A stretch of DNA of 64,000 nt, taken from Thermoanaerobaculia bacterium. Its GTDB lineage: Bacteria > Acidobacteriota > Thermoanaerobaculia > Multivoradales > JAGPDF01. The notes under the pieces were generated by a model. The model worked only from the letters and a program-made list of their open reading frames with translations, ran no database searches and was not told where the DNA came from. Shown here piece by piece: positions 32,595 through 42,444 of this stretch. The stretch covers positions 683 to 64,682 of the forward strand of contig CAWGFP010000003.1 in assembly GCA_963821905.1 (NCBI GenBank), written 5' to 3'. Numbering within the stretch: the stretch's first letter is position 1; each line of letters opens with the position of its first letter. The translations under genes were made by a program, and so were the position numbers.

Positions 32595-33584
32595 TCAGGA
32601 GCCCGTGCCCGTCGCCGGCGGGATCGGGGCCTCTTCTTCGCCCTCGTCCTCGACGATCTCCAATGACTCACCCGTCGGTTGCCAGCTCGAATCCGGATCG
32701 AACGCCTGGATCGCAGCGACGGCTTGCTCGGTTTCCGCACCCAGATCCTTCTGGAAGACGATGCCGCGGTGGTTGACGATGAACGTCATCACTCCCGAGT
32801 TGCCATGCTTCGCCGGCCAGGCGATTGCCGCGAAGCCTCGGGTCATCCGCCCGCGCGGGTCGAGATAGCTCTGTTCACCCCCAGGCGCGTTCTTGCCCTG
32901 GGCCTTGAGCATTCGATACCGATAGCCATTGAAGGGCTGATCCGCCGTGATCTCCCCGCTCGCAGCTGCGGCCAACAAGTCGCCGAGCGGGCTCAAGGGC
33001 TCGCCCTCTGCCGTCGGCCAATACAGGCCGTCTTGCTTCCTCTCGGTGCTGAGGAACTTCTGTGCAAAGGCCGGGGGGTTCCCGTCGAGTCCCAGGGCCG
33101 CGTACTCTTTCTGCGCCTCGACGACTTCGTGCAGGGTCGAGAGCACCGAGAGCTCGTTGAACCCGACCCGCCGGTTGAGCAGTTCTTCGCGGCCCGCGGC
33201 GGTGTCGAAACGCCAGCGCTTTTCGGCGCGCACCAGTGGAATCGGGAACGGCCACGCCTTCTCGCCGAAGAGCGCCACCCGGGTGTTCTCATCGAGCTCC
33301 TCGAAGACGACCTTCTCCGCGATCAGCTCCTTGACACGCGCTCCGGCCTTGCGGTCTTCGACCTCATCGCCCGAGCGGAAGATATCGATACTGCCCGGCC
33401 CGAAGATCTCTTCGGCGCGGCGCTGGTCCCCGGTGCCGATGAGGTCGTTCAAGGCCTGAACGGCCTCCTCCGGAGTGGCGAAAGTGCCGGGCGCGGGGCG
33501 CTTGCAGGCAGAAGCCACCAATAGGAGGCCGGCGACACCGGCGAGGCCGGCCAGACGTGAGATGCGTTGGATGCTCGAGATCAT
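32595..33584 (-). CDS. DUF2950-family protein
   Basis: FATPEEAV, WPFPIPLV, RRVGFNE, DGLYWP, SPLG, GFAAIAWPAKHGNSGVMTFIVN. Confidence 0.88.
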   Translation of the reverse strand: MISSIQRISRLAGLAGVAGLLLVASACKRPAPGTFATPEEAVQALNDLIGTGDQRRAEEIFGPGSIDIFRSGDEVEDRKAGARVKELIAEKVVFEELDENTRVALFGEKAWPFPIPLVRAEKRWRFDTAAGREELLNRRVGFNELSVLSTLHEVVEAQKEYAALGLDGNPPAFAQKFLSTERKQDGLYWPTAEGEPLSPLGDLLAAAASGEITADQPFNGYRYRMLKAQGKNAPGGEQSYLDPRGRMTRGFAAIAWPAKHGNSGVMTFIVNHRGIVFQKDLGAETEQAVAAIQAFDPDSSWQPTGESLEIVEDEGEEEAPIPPATGTGS

Positions 33585-33597
33585 GGCTCGCTCTCTC

Positions 33598-35013
33598 CTA
33601 ACTCCGGCCGCCGCGACCGCCGCCACCGCGACCGCCGCCGCCTCGACTGCCACCACCACCGCTATACGACCTCGAGCCGCGGCTCGAAGATCCTCGGCTG
33701 CTCGAGGCGCTCGAAGCGCTCGATCGCGACGAACCACTGTAGGCGCTGCTACCGGGGCTGGCGCTCGACGAACGGCCGCTGCCTGACGAACGTTGGCTGG
33801 CGCTCGGGCTGCTGCCACTGGAGCGCGAGGTCGCGCCCGTCGCGCCGCTACCCTGGCCGCGAGAAGCGGTGCCCTGGCCGGATCCACGCGTCCCCGCTCC
33901 CTGGCCGCTGGCCGTCGTACTCGGCCGGGTTCCCGAGCCTCGGCTCGACGCACTCGTCCCAGTGGGACGGGTTCCCGCAGACGCACCCGAGTGGCCGCGC
34001 GCTTGTGAGCTGGAGACACGGCTCGTACCGCTCTTGGCGCCGTACTGGCTCGCGGTTTGGCCGCTCTTGTAGTTGACGCCCTTGCGATGGCTGGAGTCAT
34101 GCTGGAAGGAGGCTCGATTCCCGCTGGTAGCGCCGGCGCGGTTGCCGGTGGTCCCCGCTCGGTTGCCGGTGGTCCCGGCGCGGTTCCCAGCGCGGTCCCC
34201 GCTCAGGTTGGTGCGGTCGGCGTTGATGTTGGTGTTGCGGTTGAAGTTGTTGTAGCGGTCGACGTCGATGTTGACGTCGCCGCCACCCCAGCCCCAATTG
34301 CAGTCCCCCCAGATCGCCGCACCCATCGCCATCCCGACTCCGAAGGTGATCAGGCCGGCGCCCGGCGGATAGTACGGATACATCGGCGGGTAGTAGTAAG
34401 AAGGATAGGACCAGCCGCCATAGACGGCGGGCGGAGAATAGGTCGGCACGTAGACGACTTCGGGCGAAGGGGACTCGATGATGATGATCTTGTCCTCCTG
34501 CACCGTCACGACCTGCTGCTCGGTCGTCTTGAGATTGCCCGAATCGTTCGCCTTGCCACGCATCCGCTGCACGGTGTCCATCAGCTCCGTCTTCTGGCCC
34601 AGGAAGGCATCACCGAGGTCTTGAGTCCAGTCGAGGTTCTCGCTCATCTTGGCGAGCACATCGGGGACCGTGCAGAGCGACTTCACCGTGGCATCCCAAT
34701 CCTCGGCCTTGAGCTTCTCGTCGAGCGCCGTGCCCTTCAAGCCGGCGTTCTGCTTCATGAAGCGATCCGCTTCCACCACCTCCAGGGGATAGGTGGACGC
34801 CATGAGGATCTGGCTCAACAACGAATCGGCATAGAGAGCGATCGGCGCCACCAGTTGCTCGAGCTGTTCCTTCGAGAAGGTTTCGGCGGCGGGAGCGGCT
34901 GCGGCGGCCGGAGCGGCGGTCGGCGCGGTGGTTTGGGCGGCGAGATCGGCGTCGACGGGAACAGCGAGAACCGTCAGAAGCGCGATCGTGCTCGCGACGC
35001 GAGAGTTCGGCAT
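33598..35013 (-). CDS. DUF3300-family protein with low-complexity G/S/R tail
   Basis: LEQLVAPIALYADSLLSQILMASTYPLEVV, WTQDLGDAF, PEVVYVPTY. Confidence 0.9.
   Translation of the reverse strand: MPNSRVASTIALLTVLAVPVDADLAAQTTAPTAAPAAAAAPAAETFSKEQLEQLVAPIALYADSLLSQILMASTYPLEVVEADRFMKQNAGLKGTALDEKLKAEDWDATVKSLCTVPDVLAKMSENLDWTQDLGDAFLGQKTELMDTVQRMRGKANDSGNLKTTEQQVVTVQEDKIIIIESPSPEVVYVPTYSPPAVYGGWSYPSYYYPPMYPYYPPGAGLITFGVGMAMGAAIWGDCNWGWGGGDVNIDVDRYNNFNRNTNINADRTNLSGDRAGNRAGTTGNRAGTTGNRAGATSGNRASFQHDSSHRKGVNYKSGQTASQYGAKSGTSRVSSSQARGHSGASAGTRPTGTSASSRGSGTRPSTTASGQGAGTRGSGQGTASRGQGSGATGATSRSSGSSPSASQRSSGSGRSSSASPGSSAYSGSSRSSASSASSSRGSSSRGSRSYSGGGGSRGGGGRGGGGRGGRS
34118..34200 (-). repeat. Coding 21-bp tandem repeat (GNRAGTT) in the DUF3300 tail
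   Basis: CGGTTGCCGGTGGTCCC(C/G)GC units; the protein reads GNRAGTTGNRAGTTGNRAGATSGNRAS. Confidence 0.7.
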
Positions 35014-35102
35014 GGGCCTACCTCCTTGCAACTACCGGACAAAAATCTACCACCGCTGGCGAAGGCGGAGATGCGACCAAAGTCCTATGGTCACGAGGTA
35101 GC

Positions 35103-35687
35103 TCAGGCGGGGTGCTCGGGCAGAACACGCTCGATGCGGCGGTCCGGGACCAGCCAGATGAGCGCCACCAGAACGTAAAGGCCCAACGACACCCAGCGCC
35201 ACCAGGAGGCGGCGGCGATCGCCACGAGGTAGAGGACGGGAGACAGCTTGCCTTTCCAATCGCCGCCCACCGCCTTCCGCAGAATCGCGTCCCGCCCCTG
35301 GGAGGCGATGATCAGCGTTTGCAGGATGTAGTAGGCGATCGCCGCCATCAGCAGCACGAGACCGTAAAGCGCCGTCGGGGCGGCCGCGAAGTGGTTCTCA
35401 CCCATCCAGCCGGTCGTGAAGGGCACCAGCGAGAGCCAGAACAGCAGATGGAGGTTCGCCCACAGAATCGGTCCGCTGACCCTGTGGATGGTGTGCAGCA
35501 TGTGGTGATGGTTGTTCCAGTAGATGCCGAGGTAAACGAAGCTCAGCACGTAGCTCAGGAACGCTGGCAGCAGCGGCCGCAGCGTCCCGAACCCCTCGCC
35601 GTGCGGCACCTTGAGCTCCAGCACCAAGATGGTGATGAGGATGGCGATGACGCCGTCGCTGAAGGCTTCGAGGCGGTTCTTGCCCAT
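35103..35687 (-). CDS. TMEM175-family K+ channel
   Basis: RLEAFSDGVIAILITILVLEL, YWNNHH, SLVPFTT. Confidence 0.92.
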   Translation of the reverse strand: MGKNRLEAFSDGVIAILITILVLELKVPHGEGFGTLRPLLPAFLSYVLSFVYLGIYWNNHHHMLHTIHRVSGPILWANLHLLFWLSLVPFTTGWMGENHFAAAPTALYGLVLLMAAIAYYILQTLIIASQGRDAILRKAVGGDWKGKLSPVLYLVAIAAASWWRWVSLGLYVLVALIWLVPDRRIERVLPEHPA

Positions 35688-35774
35688 CGGCTCGTCAGTC
35701 TATGCCGCTGGCGCCCGCTCTCGCACAGAGCCGGGTCCACGCCCGCAGCGCGGTCAGCACCCGCTAACACCTGA

Positions 35775-35803
35775 TTGACTGGGGCCAGACGTGTGATTAC
35801 GCT
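35775..35803 (+). promoter_or_regulatory. Sigma70-like promoter
   Basis: TTGACT-N17-TACGCT upstream of the ester cyclase gene. Confidence 0.5.
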
Positions 35804-35868
35804 CGTTTCCGGCGGCCGGAGACATCCAGCCACGCCGGCAAGAAAACGAAGTGTCACCGGAGGACCGC

Positions 35869-36311
35869 ATGCCGACCGACGTGGAAGCGCGCAACATGGA
35901 GCTGATGCAGACGCTGGACGACGCTTGGAACGCTCAGGACGTGGAGATCTTCCGCGCGCGCCACAAACCAACGTGGTCGTGCGCTGGCCGGGACAACCAG
36001 ATCCGACGGTGGGGATCGAGGACCATACGGCCGAGTCGATCGCGTTCTGGAAGACGTTTCCCGATCAGAAGCTCGACAACCGGCCGTATCGCGTGTTTTT
36101 CGCGTCAGGCGATTGGACCTGCTCGATCGCCCGCTTCCGCGGCACGATGAAGGGGCCGATGCTCGTGGGCGGCAACGAGATCCCGCCGACCGGCAAGTCG
36201 TTCGAGGTGGACTTCTACACGATCGCCAAGTGGAACGACGGTCAGATCGTGGAGGAGAACCTCATGTACGACCTGGTGGGCTTCCTCAAGCAGATCGGCC
36301 TGAGCCAATAG
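35869..36311 (+). CDS. SnoaL-like/ester cyclase family protein (frameshift ~35968)
   Basis: LDDAWNAQD, FWKTFPD, GTMKGP, IPPTGKSFEVDFYTIAKW..G.IVEE. Confidence 0.82.
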
Positions 36312-36319
36312 ACGGGCAT

Positions 36320-36525
36320 CCTCACGCCCCTCCGTCTCCGGCACGAACGTCGATGCGCGCCTGGCGCAGCGCCTTGAGGACCCGACGCTCACGTCTCCAG
36401 GGATCCCGTCATAGATGAGCACCTCGATAGGGCGCCACATGAGCACCCAGCCCGAGATTACGAGCGCCTCCCGACGCGACTCGACCTCGAGGATCGCTTC
36501 GCCGTTCTCGGTTCGGAGTCGAGAG
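36320..36525 (-). pseudogene. C-terminal remnant of a small membrane-protein gene
   Basis: REALVISGWVLMWRPIEVLIYDGIP..RRERRVLKALRQARIDV with no N-terminus. Confidence 0.4.
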
Positions 36526-36526
36526 C

Positions 36527-37191
36527 TCATCCCGGGATCGGGTCGACGCGGTCGGCGCCAGCGCCGGGCGGCTCACCGAGGAACTCGACCCACGCTCGCT
36601 TGATGCACGGATAGTGCTTCGCCGCCTCGGCGAGCGAGAGGAACGCCTGGATGTTCTTGTCGAAGCGAGCGCGCAGCGCGGCGTCGGCGATGTCGCCTTC
36701 GACGAGGGCCTTGTGCGCTTGAGCGAGCGAGAACATGTCCGGGTAGATCCGCGCGCCCAGATGCTCGAGCGGCATCCGCAGCGCCCAGAGCCCTCGGTTA
36801 CCGCCTACCATCGACGGTGACGCGCTCAGCAGCAGGCCATGCTTCCCATCGAACGGCTGCGGACGAAAGCGCGAGGTCCAGTCGATCAGGTTCTTGAACA
36901 TCCCCGGCATCGAGCCGTTGTACTCGGGCGACGAGACGATGAAGGCGTCGCTTTCCGAGAGTCGGCGTCGCAGCTCCTCGGCTCCCTTCGGGATACCCTT
37001 GCGCCTTCTCGACGTCTCCGTCGTAGGAGGGAACGTCGAAGTCGCGCATCGACGCATGATCCACCGCCGCTCCGCTCTGCTCGGCCACCCGAGCTGCGAG
37101 TGCGGCGAGCTTTCGATTCAGGGAGTCCGCGCGAAGCGAGGCCGCCGAACACGAGCACCTTGAGCTTGGGCTCCGATTCCGGCTTGAACAT
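36527..37191 (-). CDS. NADPH-dependent FMN reductase (indels)
   Basis: SLRADSLNRKLA, PSYDGD, SPEYNGSMPGMFKNLIDWTSR, SASPSMVGGNRG. Confidence 0.88.
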
Positions 37192-37227
37192 GTTCGGTCC
37201 CCTCATGTCTGCGGCGGGTCGGGCTCA

Positions 37228-38075
37228 TCAGTCTATGTCGCTCGCGCCCCCTCGCGGACGTCGCCGGGTCAACGCCCTCAACGCCGCTAGCACCAGCAGC
37301 GTGCCGCCGAACGTCGCCACGATGGTGGCGCCCGTCGGAAGGTCCCACTTGAACGACAGCCACACTCCGAGCGCCGACACCAGCGCCCCCATGCCCCAGC
37401 CGATGGCCAGCCGTGGCACGAGGCGCTCAGCGAACAGCATCGCGGTGACCGAGGGCACGATCAGGAAGCAGAAGACCAGGAGCACGCCGGCGATCGCCAC
37501 CGACGAGGTCACGACGAAGCCGAACGACATGTAGAAGAGGAAGTCCCACCAGCGAATGTTCAGCCCCTGCCGCTCCGCCTCCGGCTCGTTCATCGAGATA
37601 AGCAGGAATCGCCGGCGGAAGAAGTAGTGGAAGAGGCCGACGAGCGCGTAGAGCACCGCGGTCTTGCCCAGCTCGGGCCAGGTCACCGAGAGGATGTTGC
37701 CGACCAGCATCTCCTTGAGGTGCTCGGTCTCTTGCGTCGCCTTCGACATCACCAGGATGGCGATCGCCGCCGACACCGCGTAGACGATGCCGATGATCGC
37801 CTCCTGCGGCATGCGGGTCTTGCGGTGGACGCGCGACATGGCGAAGATCGCCGCTCCCAGGAAGGTGAAGCCGAGCGAGAAGAGGTAGGGCATTGGAGTG
37901 CAGGTCGTAGCCCGCGAGGTAGCGCCACGGTGGTGCCGAGGGCGGCGATCTGGGCGAGCGAGAGGTCGACGAAGATCACCCCGCGCTCGACGACGTGCAC
38001 GCCGAGGTAGGCGTGGATGCCGGTCAGGATGAGGCTGGCGACGAAGGCCGGCAGCAGGAGCTCGAAGAGCGTCAT
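37228..38075 (-). CDS. Metal (Zn/Mn-type) ABC permease (indels)
   Basis: HAYLGVHVVERGVIFVDLSLAQIAALG, PQEAIIGIVYAVS, LVGNILSV, VTSSVAIAGVLLVF, DLPTGATIV. Confidence 0.88.
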
Positions 38076-38995
38076 GGGGCCGCCCTCGAGCGCGGCGACG
38101 AGAGTGTCCACGTTGGTGTCGAAGAGGGAGAAGTAATCGCGTGATCTGCGGCAATGCCGCCGACCGACGGGTAAAGACGTCAGCATCGTCGCGCCGCGTC
38201 TTCGAGGCGATGTACTTCGGCGTCTTGGTGTCGAAGTAGGGCTCGACCAGGATGAGCTTGATCTTGCGCTCGAGGATCAAGTTGATGGTCGCCAGCGTGT
38301 GGGCGGGCTCGGCGGGATGCCGGGCTTGGGCTCGACATGGCCGACGACGTGAGCCTGAACGCCTCGGCGAAGTTGGGCCAGGAGTCATGGAAGGTCACCA
38401 CCTCGACGCCGGCGTACGGCGCCAGCGTCGCCGCCCACTCCGCCTGCTTGGCGGTCAGCTTGCTCTCGAAGGCCTGCCACGTTGCGGTCGATAGTCCGGC
38501 TTGCCTGCCGGGTCGAGCTGCGCAAGCCGTGCCGCGATGGCGCGGGCGATGACTGCGGCCGTTCTCGGGGTCCGGTCCAGTAGTGCGGATTGCCGTAGGG
38601 ATGGACGTCGCCCATGGCCCGCGTCACCTGAGTCGTCGGCCGGTTGAGGATCTCGCAGCCCGACCGAGGCGTCGAGGTAACCGGGGTTGCCGGGATGGAT
38701 CTTGGCGTTGCGGCTCTGGTCGACGAGCGGCGGCAGGTAGCCGGCCTCGAGCTCGAGACCGGCGACGATGAGCAGATCGGCGCGCGACAGCAAGAGGACG
38801 AAGGACGGCTGGCGTCGACGAAGTGCGGATCCTGGTAGCCCTTGGCGATCGGCGGAGGTCTGACGCGATCGCCGCCGACGGCGTGGCGATCGAGGCGAAG
38901 TCCTGCAGGCTGCTCACCACGTTGAGCTTGGCGTGGGCGGCGCCGGCTAGCGGCGAGCTGACGGCAAGGGCGACGAGGATGGGAGAGAGCTTCAT
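38072..38995 (-). CDS. Metal ABC substrate-binding protein (cluster A-I; indels)
   Basis: QDPHFV, ADLLIVAGLELEAGYLPPL, MGDVHPYGNPHYW, VTFHDSW, VEPKPGIPP. Confidence 0.88.
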
Positions 38996-39004
38996 GACAT
39001 CACC

Positions 39005-40247
39005 TCAGAACGGATGGGCGCCGTGGGCGCCGATCGCAAACAGCAGTTGGAGGAGAAACTCGTTGGCGTCGTCGCCGTCGGCGAAGTGGCGGCGCCGGAA
39101 CTGGCCGCGTAGCTGCGAGAACTCGGTCGGGTTGAAGGTGAGGATCAGGGACTGCCGCGGTGTCGCGCAGCGCGGCGTCGAGCGCCGCTCCGACTCAGTC
39201 GTAACGTCCACCGATCCACCACCGCCTGGCAAGCTGGTAGTCGCCGGGGGAACCAGCCGGTCGCGCTCTGGCGTCGGTCCTCGCTGTCGCGGTGGCTGCG
39301 GAAGTACTCGCCACGCAGCTCGGCGGAGCGATAGGTCGCGGTTTGCAGCGGCTTCCAGCGCAGCATCAGGTCGACGCCCTCGAGCGTCGGTGTCGTCGAG
39401 CGACCCGTTGGGCCCGCGGCCGTAGGAGAGCCCGAGGTCGAGATTGGTGGCCTCGCTGAGATCGCGAAACAGCGCGGAAGTGGGCGTTGTAGGAAAGGTC
39501 GGAACGGGTTTCGGCAGTCCGAAAGCTCCTCGCCGGCGGTGCCGTCGAATGCCTGTAGGGTGAGCTCGGAGAAGGTGTTGCCGGGAGGGGAATCAGTCGC
39601 GCCACTGAAACGCCGTCGCCGATCCAGCCCTCCTCGCCGCCGAGCAGATTGACGATCGGCAGCGGCTTGTCGGCCCACGGCAGCGAATGCGGGTGCAGCG
39701 TGTTGACCTTGCCGAAGCCCCTTTCATCCGTCCGACCTTGACCCAGCAAATCCACGGCAGCGCGGTGAAGGTGACGTAGCCCTCCTCGATCTCGGCGCCC
39801 TCGTCGCCGAAAGCGAGGAAAATGTCGGCGCGGGCATAGGGGTCGATCACCGCCTGCAGGCCGATCTCCGCTTCTTCCAGATTCATCGCCCGCCCGGGGT
39901 CGACGTCGTTGTGACCGCCCACGCCGATGAAATTGCCAATCACCGCCATCGCGGGATTGAAGTAGCTCGACGTCTGGCCGGGCCCTGCGGCGGGCGGCGG
40001 AGGCTGAGGTGGCGGCACGGCGGCGGTTGCAGCGCCGGTTTCGAGCGCCGCCAACCTGGCTTCCAGGGCCCCGAGCTTGGCTTGATAGTCGGCCCGCAGC
40101 GCTTCCAGCTCGGCGCGCACGGCGGCGATGTCCGGCACCGGAACCTGCGCCCATGCCGCGCCTTCGGCGGCGACCGACGCGATGCAGCACACGAGTCCGG
40201 CGAGGGCCCATCGGGCGCTCGACCGGACTCCGGTCCACGGAGAACAT
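39005..40247 (-). CDS. Outer-membrane beta-barrel of metal-uptake operon (indels)
   Basis: Signal peptide + coiled coil; FNPAMAVIG, EAEIGLQAVIDPYARAD, EEGYVTF, FGKVNTLHPH, PTEFSQLRGQ; C-terminus IGAHGAHPF. Confidence 0.8.
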
Positions 40248-40317
40248 GGAACCTCCCCCGCCCGGGTGCGGGCGGGACACTCACGTCATCAGTAGATGCG
40301 CGGCGATGCCGCGCGCG

Positions 40318-40725
40318 TCAGGCCGCGACCGGAGTCGCGGGAGAACCGCGCGGGGAGGAAGGAGCGCCCGAGGCGCAGACGGAGAACGGCGAGTCGACCG
40401 GTGCGCCGGCGGCAAGCGGCTCGTCCACAACGGCGACGAGCGCCGGCGACGACTGCAACGAACCCGCCGATTGGAGCTGGAGGACGCAGTACGTGCAGCG
40501 CTCGCGCTCTTCCGATGCCGCGGCGTCGAAATGCGCCGGCAGGGTCGGGTGAACGGCGTCGGTGAAGATCTCGACCGGCTGGTCGAGCGGCGAGTGCTCC
40601 TGGGGCCTGGAATGGAACTCGAGCAGCAACGGCCCGAGCGCCAGGGTCAGCAGGACCGCCGTCAGGCAGGAGGCCCAGTGCCGCCGCGTCGGCCGGAGAG
40701 CGGTCGAGCTCGTCATCGGTGCCAT
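40318..40725 (-). CDS. DUF2946/CruR-like upstream ORF (hydrophobic N-terminus, His residues, CxxC, C-terminal PRGSP)
   Basis: WASCLTAVLLTLALGPLLL; H residues; CTYC at 40486-40497; RGSP at 40339-40350; ends 70 nt before the barrel gene. Confidence 0.6.
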   Translation of the reverse strand: MAPMTSSTALRPTRRHWASCLTAVLLTLALGPLLLEFHSRPQEHSPLDQPVEIFTDAVHPTLPAHFDAAASEERERCTYCVLQLQSAGSLQSSPALVAVVDEPLAAGAPVDSPFSVCASGAPSSPRGSPATPVAA

Positions 40726-40743
40726 GGTAACAAATCGCGTGGC

Positions 40744-40986
40744 CTAGCCCGCTTCAGATGGGGCTGGCGGGCTCAGCGGCGGGATCGGCTCTTGATGCCG
40801 TTCCCAGTCCCGCAGCTCGGCTTCAGCGCGCTCGGCGGTCAAGCCGTAGAGGTGGCGCAGCTTGGCGAGCAGGTCATCTCGCTGGCCGGCGATACCTTCG
40901 ATGTCCTCGTCGGTGAGCTTGGCCCACCGGAACCTCAGATTGCTCTTGATCTGCTTCCAGTTTCCTTCGATGTATTCCCAATTCAC
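40744..40986 (-). CDS. csbD: CsbD-family stress protein
   Basis: MNWEYIEGNWKQIK..WAKLTDED..IAGQRD.L..KL...YG. Confidence 0.9.
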   Translation of the reverse strand: MNWEYIEGNWKQIKSNLRFRWAKLTDEDIEGIAGQRDDLLAKLRHLYGLTAERAEAELRDWERHQEPIPPLSPPAPSEAG

Positions 40987-41051
40987 CTCAGCCTCCTGAC
41001 TGCGGTCAGGCCGGGTGCATACGAAGCCGGCAGAGCGCGCGGGTTTTCAGC

Positions 41052-41066
41052 GCAAGTGACGTGCCA
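41052..41066 (-). promoter_or_regulatory. Sigma54 promoter of csbD
   Basis: TGGCAC-GTCAC-TTGC, a perfect -24/-12 match. Confidence 0.8.
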
Positions 41067-41098
41067 AGAATGGCGACGACCACTTCAGATGCGACGGC

Positions 41099-42444
41099 TC
41101 ACTCGGAGCCGTATTCGCGCAGCCGGTTATAGAGGGTGCGCAAGCTCACGTCCAACGCTTTGGCGGCCTCCCGCCGGTCGCCAGCGAAGTGCGTCAGAGT
41201 GGCCAGAACCAGGCGCCGCTCGGCGGCAGCGAGCGTCGTGAGGGGGACCGGAAGCGCCGCGGCGGGCTGGTGACCCGACAGATCGGGGGCCAGGTGCGAG
41301 GGATCGATCTCTCCCTCGGCGAGGATGAAGCCACGATGGATCACGTTCTTGAGCTCGCGCACGTTGCCCGGCCAGGCGCAGCGCTGGAGGATACCCAGCG
41401 TCGCCGGCGTGAAGGTCTTGGTGGCGCCTTCCTTGCGGTTGAGCTCGTCGAGGAAGTGATGCGCCAGGCCGGCGATGTCTTCGGCCCGCTCGCGCAGCGG
41501 CGGCAGCGGGATCGGGAACACCTTCAGGCGGTAGAGCAGGTCGTCGCGGAACTTGCCCTCCGCGACGCGCGGCCTCGAGCTCGCGGTTGGTCGCGGCGAT
41601 GATCCGCACGTCGACCTTGACCGGCTTTTCCCCACCGACTCGCGTCACGGCGCCGGCTTCGAGCACGCGCAGCAGCTTGGCCTGGAGCTCGATCGGGATT
41701 TCGCTCACCTCGTCGAGAAATAGCGTGCCGCCGTCGGCGCGCTCGAAAAAGCCGTGGTGGAGCCGATCGGCGCCGGTGAAGCTGCCGCGCTCGTGGCCGA
41801 ACAGCTCGCTCTCGATCAAAGTGCGGAGTGAGCGCGCCGCAGTTCACCACCTGGTAAGGACTGGCGGCCCGGCGGCTGAGTTTGTGCACGCTCTCCGCCA
41901 CCAGCTCCTTGCCCGTGCCGCTCTCGCCAGTGATCAGCACGGTGGCGCTCGAGGGCGCCACACGGCTGACCATCTCGTAAACCCTCTCCATCGCCGGCGA
42001 TCCACCCACCAACGGGCCGAAGCGGCCAGACTCACGCGCCTGCCGGCGCAACTCGCTCAGCCGGGGCCGCAGCCCCCGCGAGCGCGACAGGTTGGCGAGC
42101 ATCAACTTGAGTCGCGCGGTGTCGACCGGCTTGGTGAGGTAGTCGGTGGCGCCGTGGCGCAGCGCCTCGACGGCGGTGTCGACGCTGGCGTGGCCGGTGA
42201 TCACCACGATCTCCACGCGATCGGTCTGCCCCTGAAGCTCCGCAATGAGGTCGAATCCGGTGCCGTCCGGCAGGATCAGATCGAGCAGAACGACGTCGGG
42301 AGGCTGGGCCACCAGGCGGGCCCGCGCCGCGGCCACGGTGGTGGCCGTCTCGACCGCGAAACCCTCGTCGGCAACCAGCTCAGCCAGCGCTTTGAGCGAG
42401 TTCTTGTCGTCCTCGACGACCAGCGCGTGCAGCAAGCCGGTCAT
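41099..42444 (-). CDS. NtrC-family sigma54-dependent response regulator (indels)
   Basis: REC domain, [43 protein letters not shown], Fis-type HTH. Confidence 0.92.

Noticed and set aside
35760-35772. CGCTAAC as a possible integron attC core
   Set aside because: No matching partner box or hairpin and no integrase. The adjacent sequence fits a sigma70 promoter.
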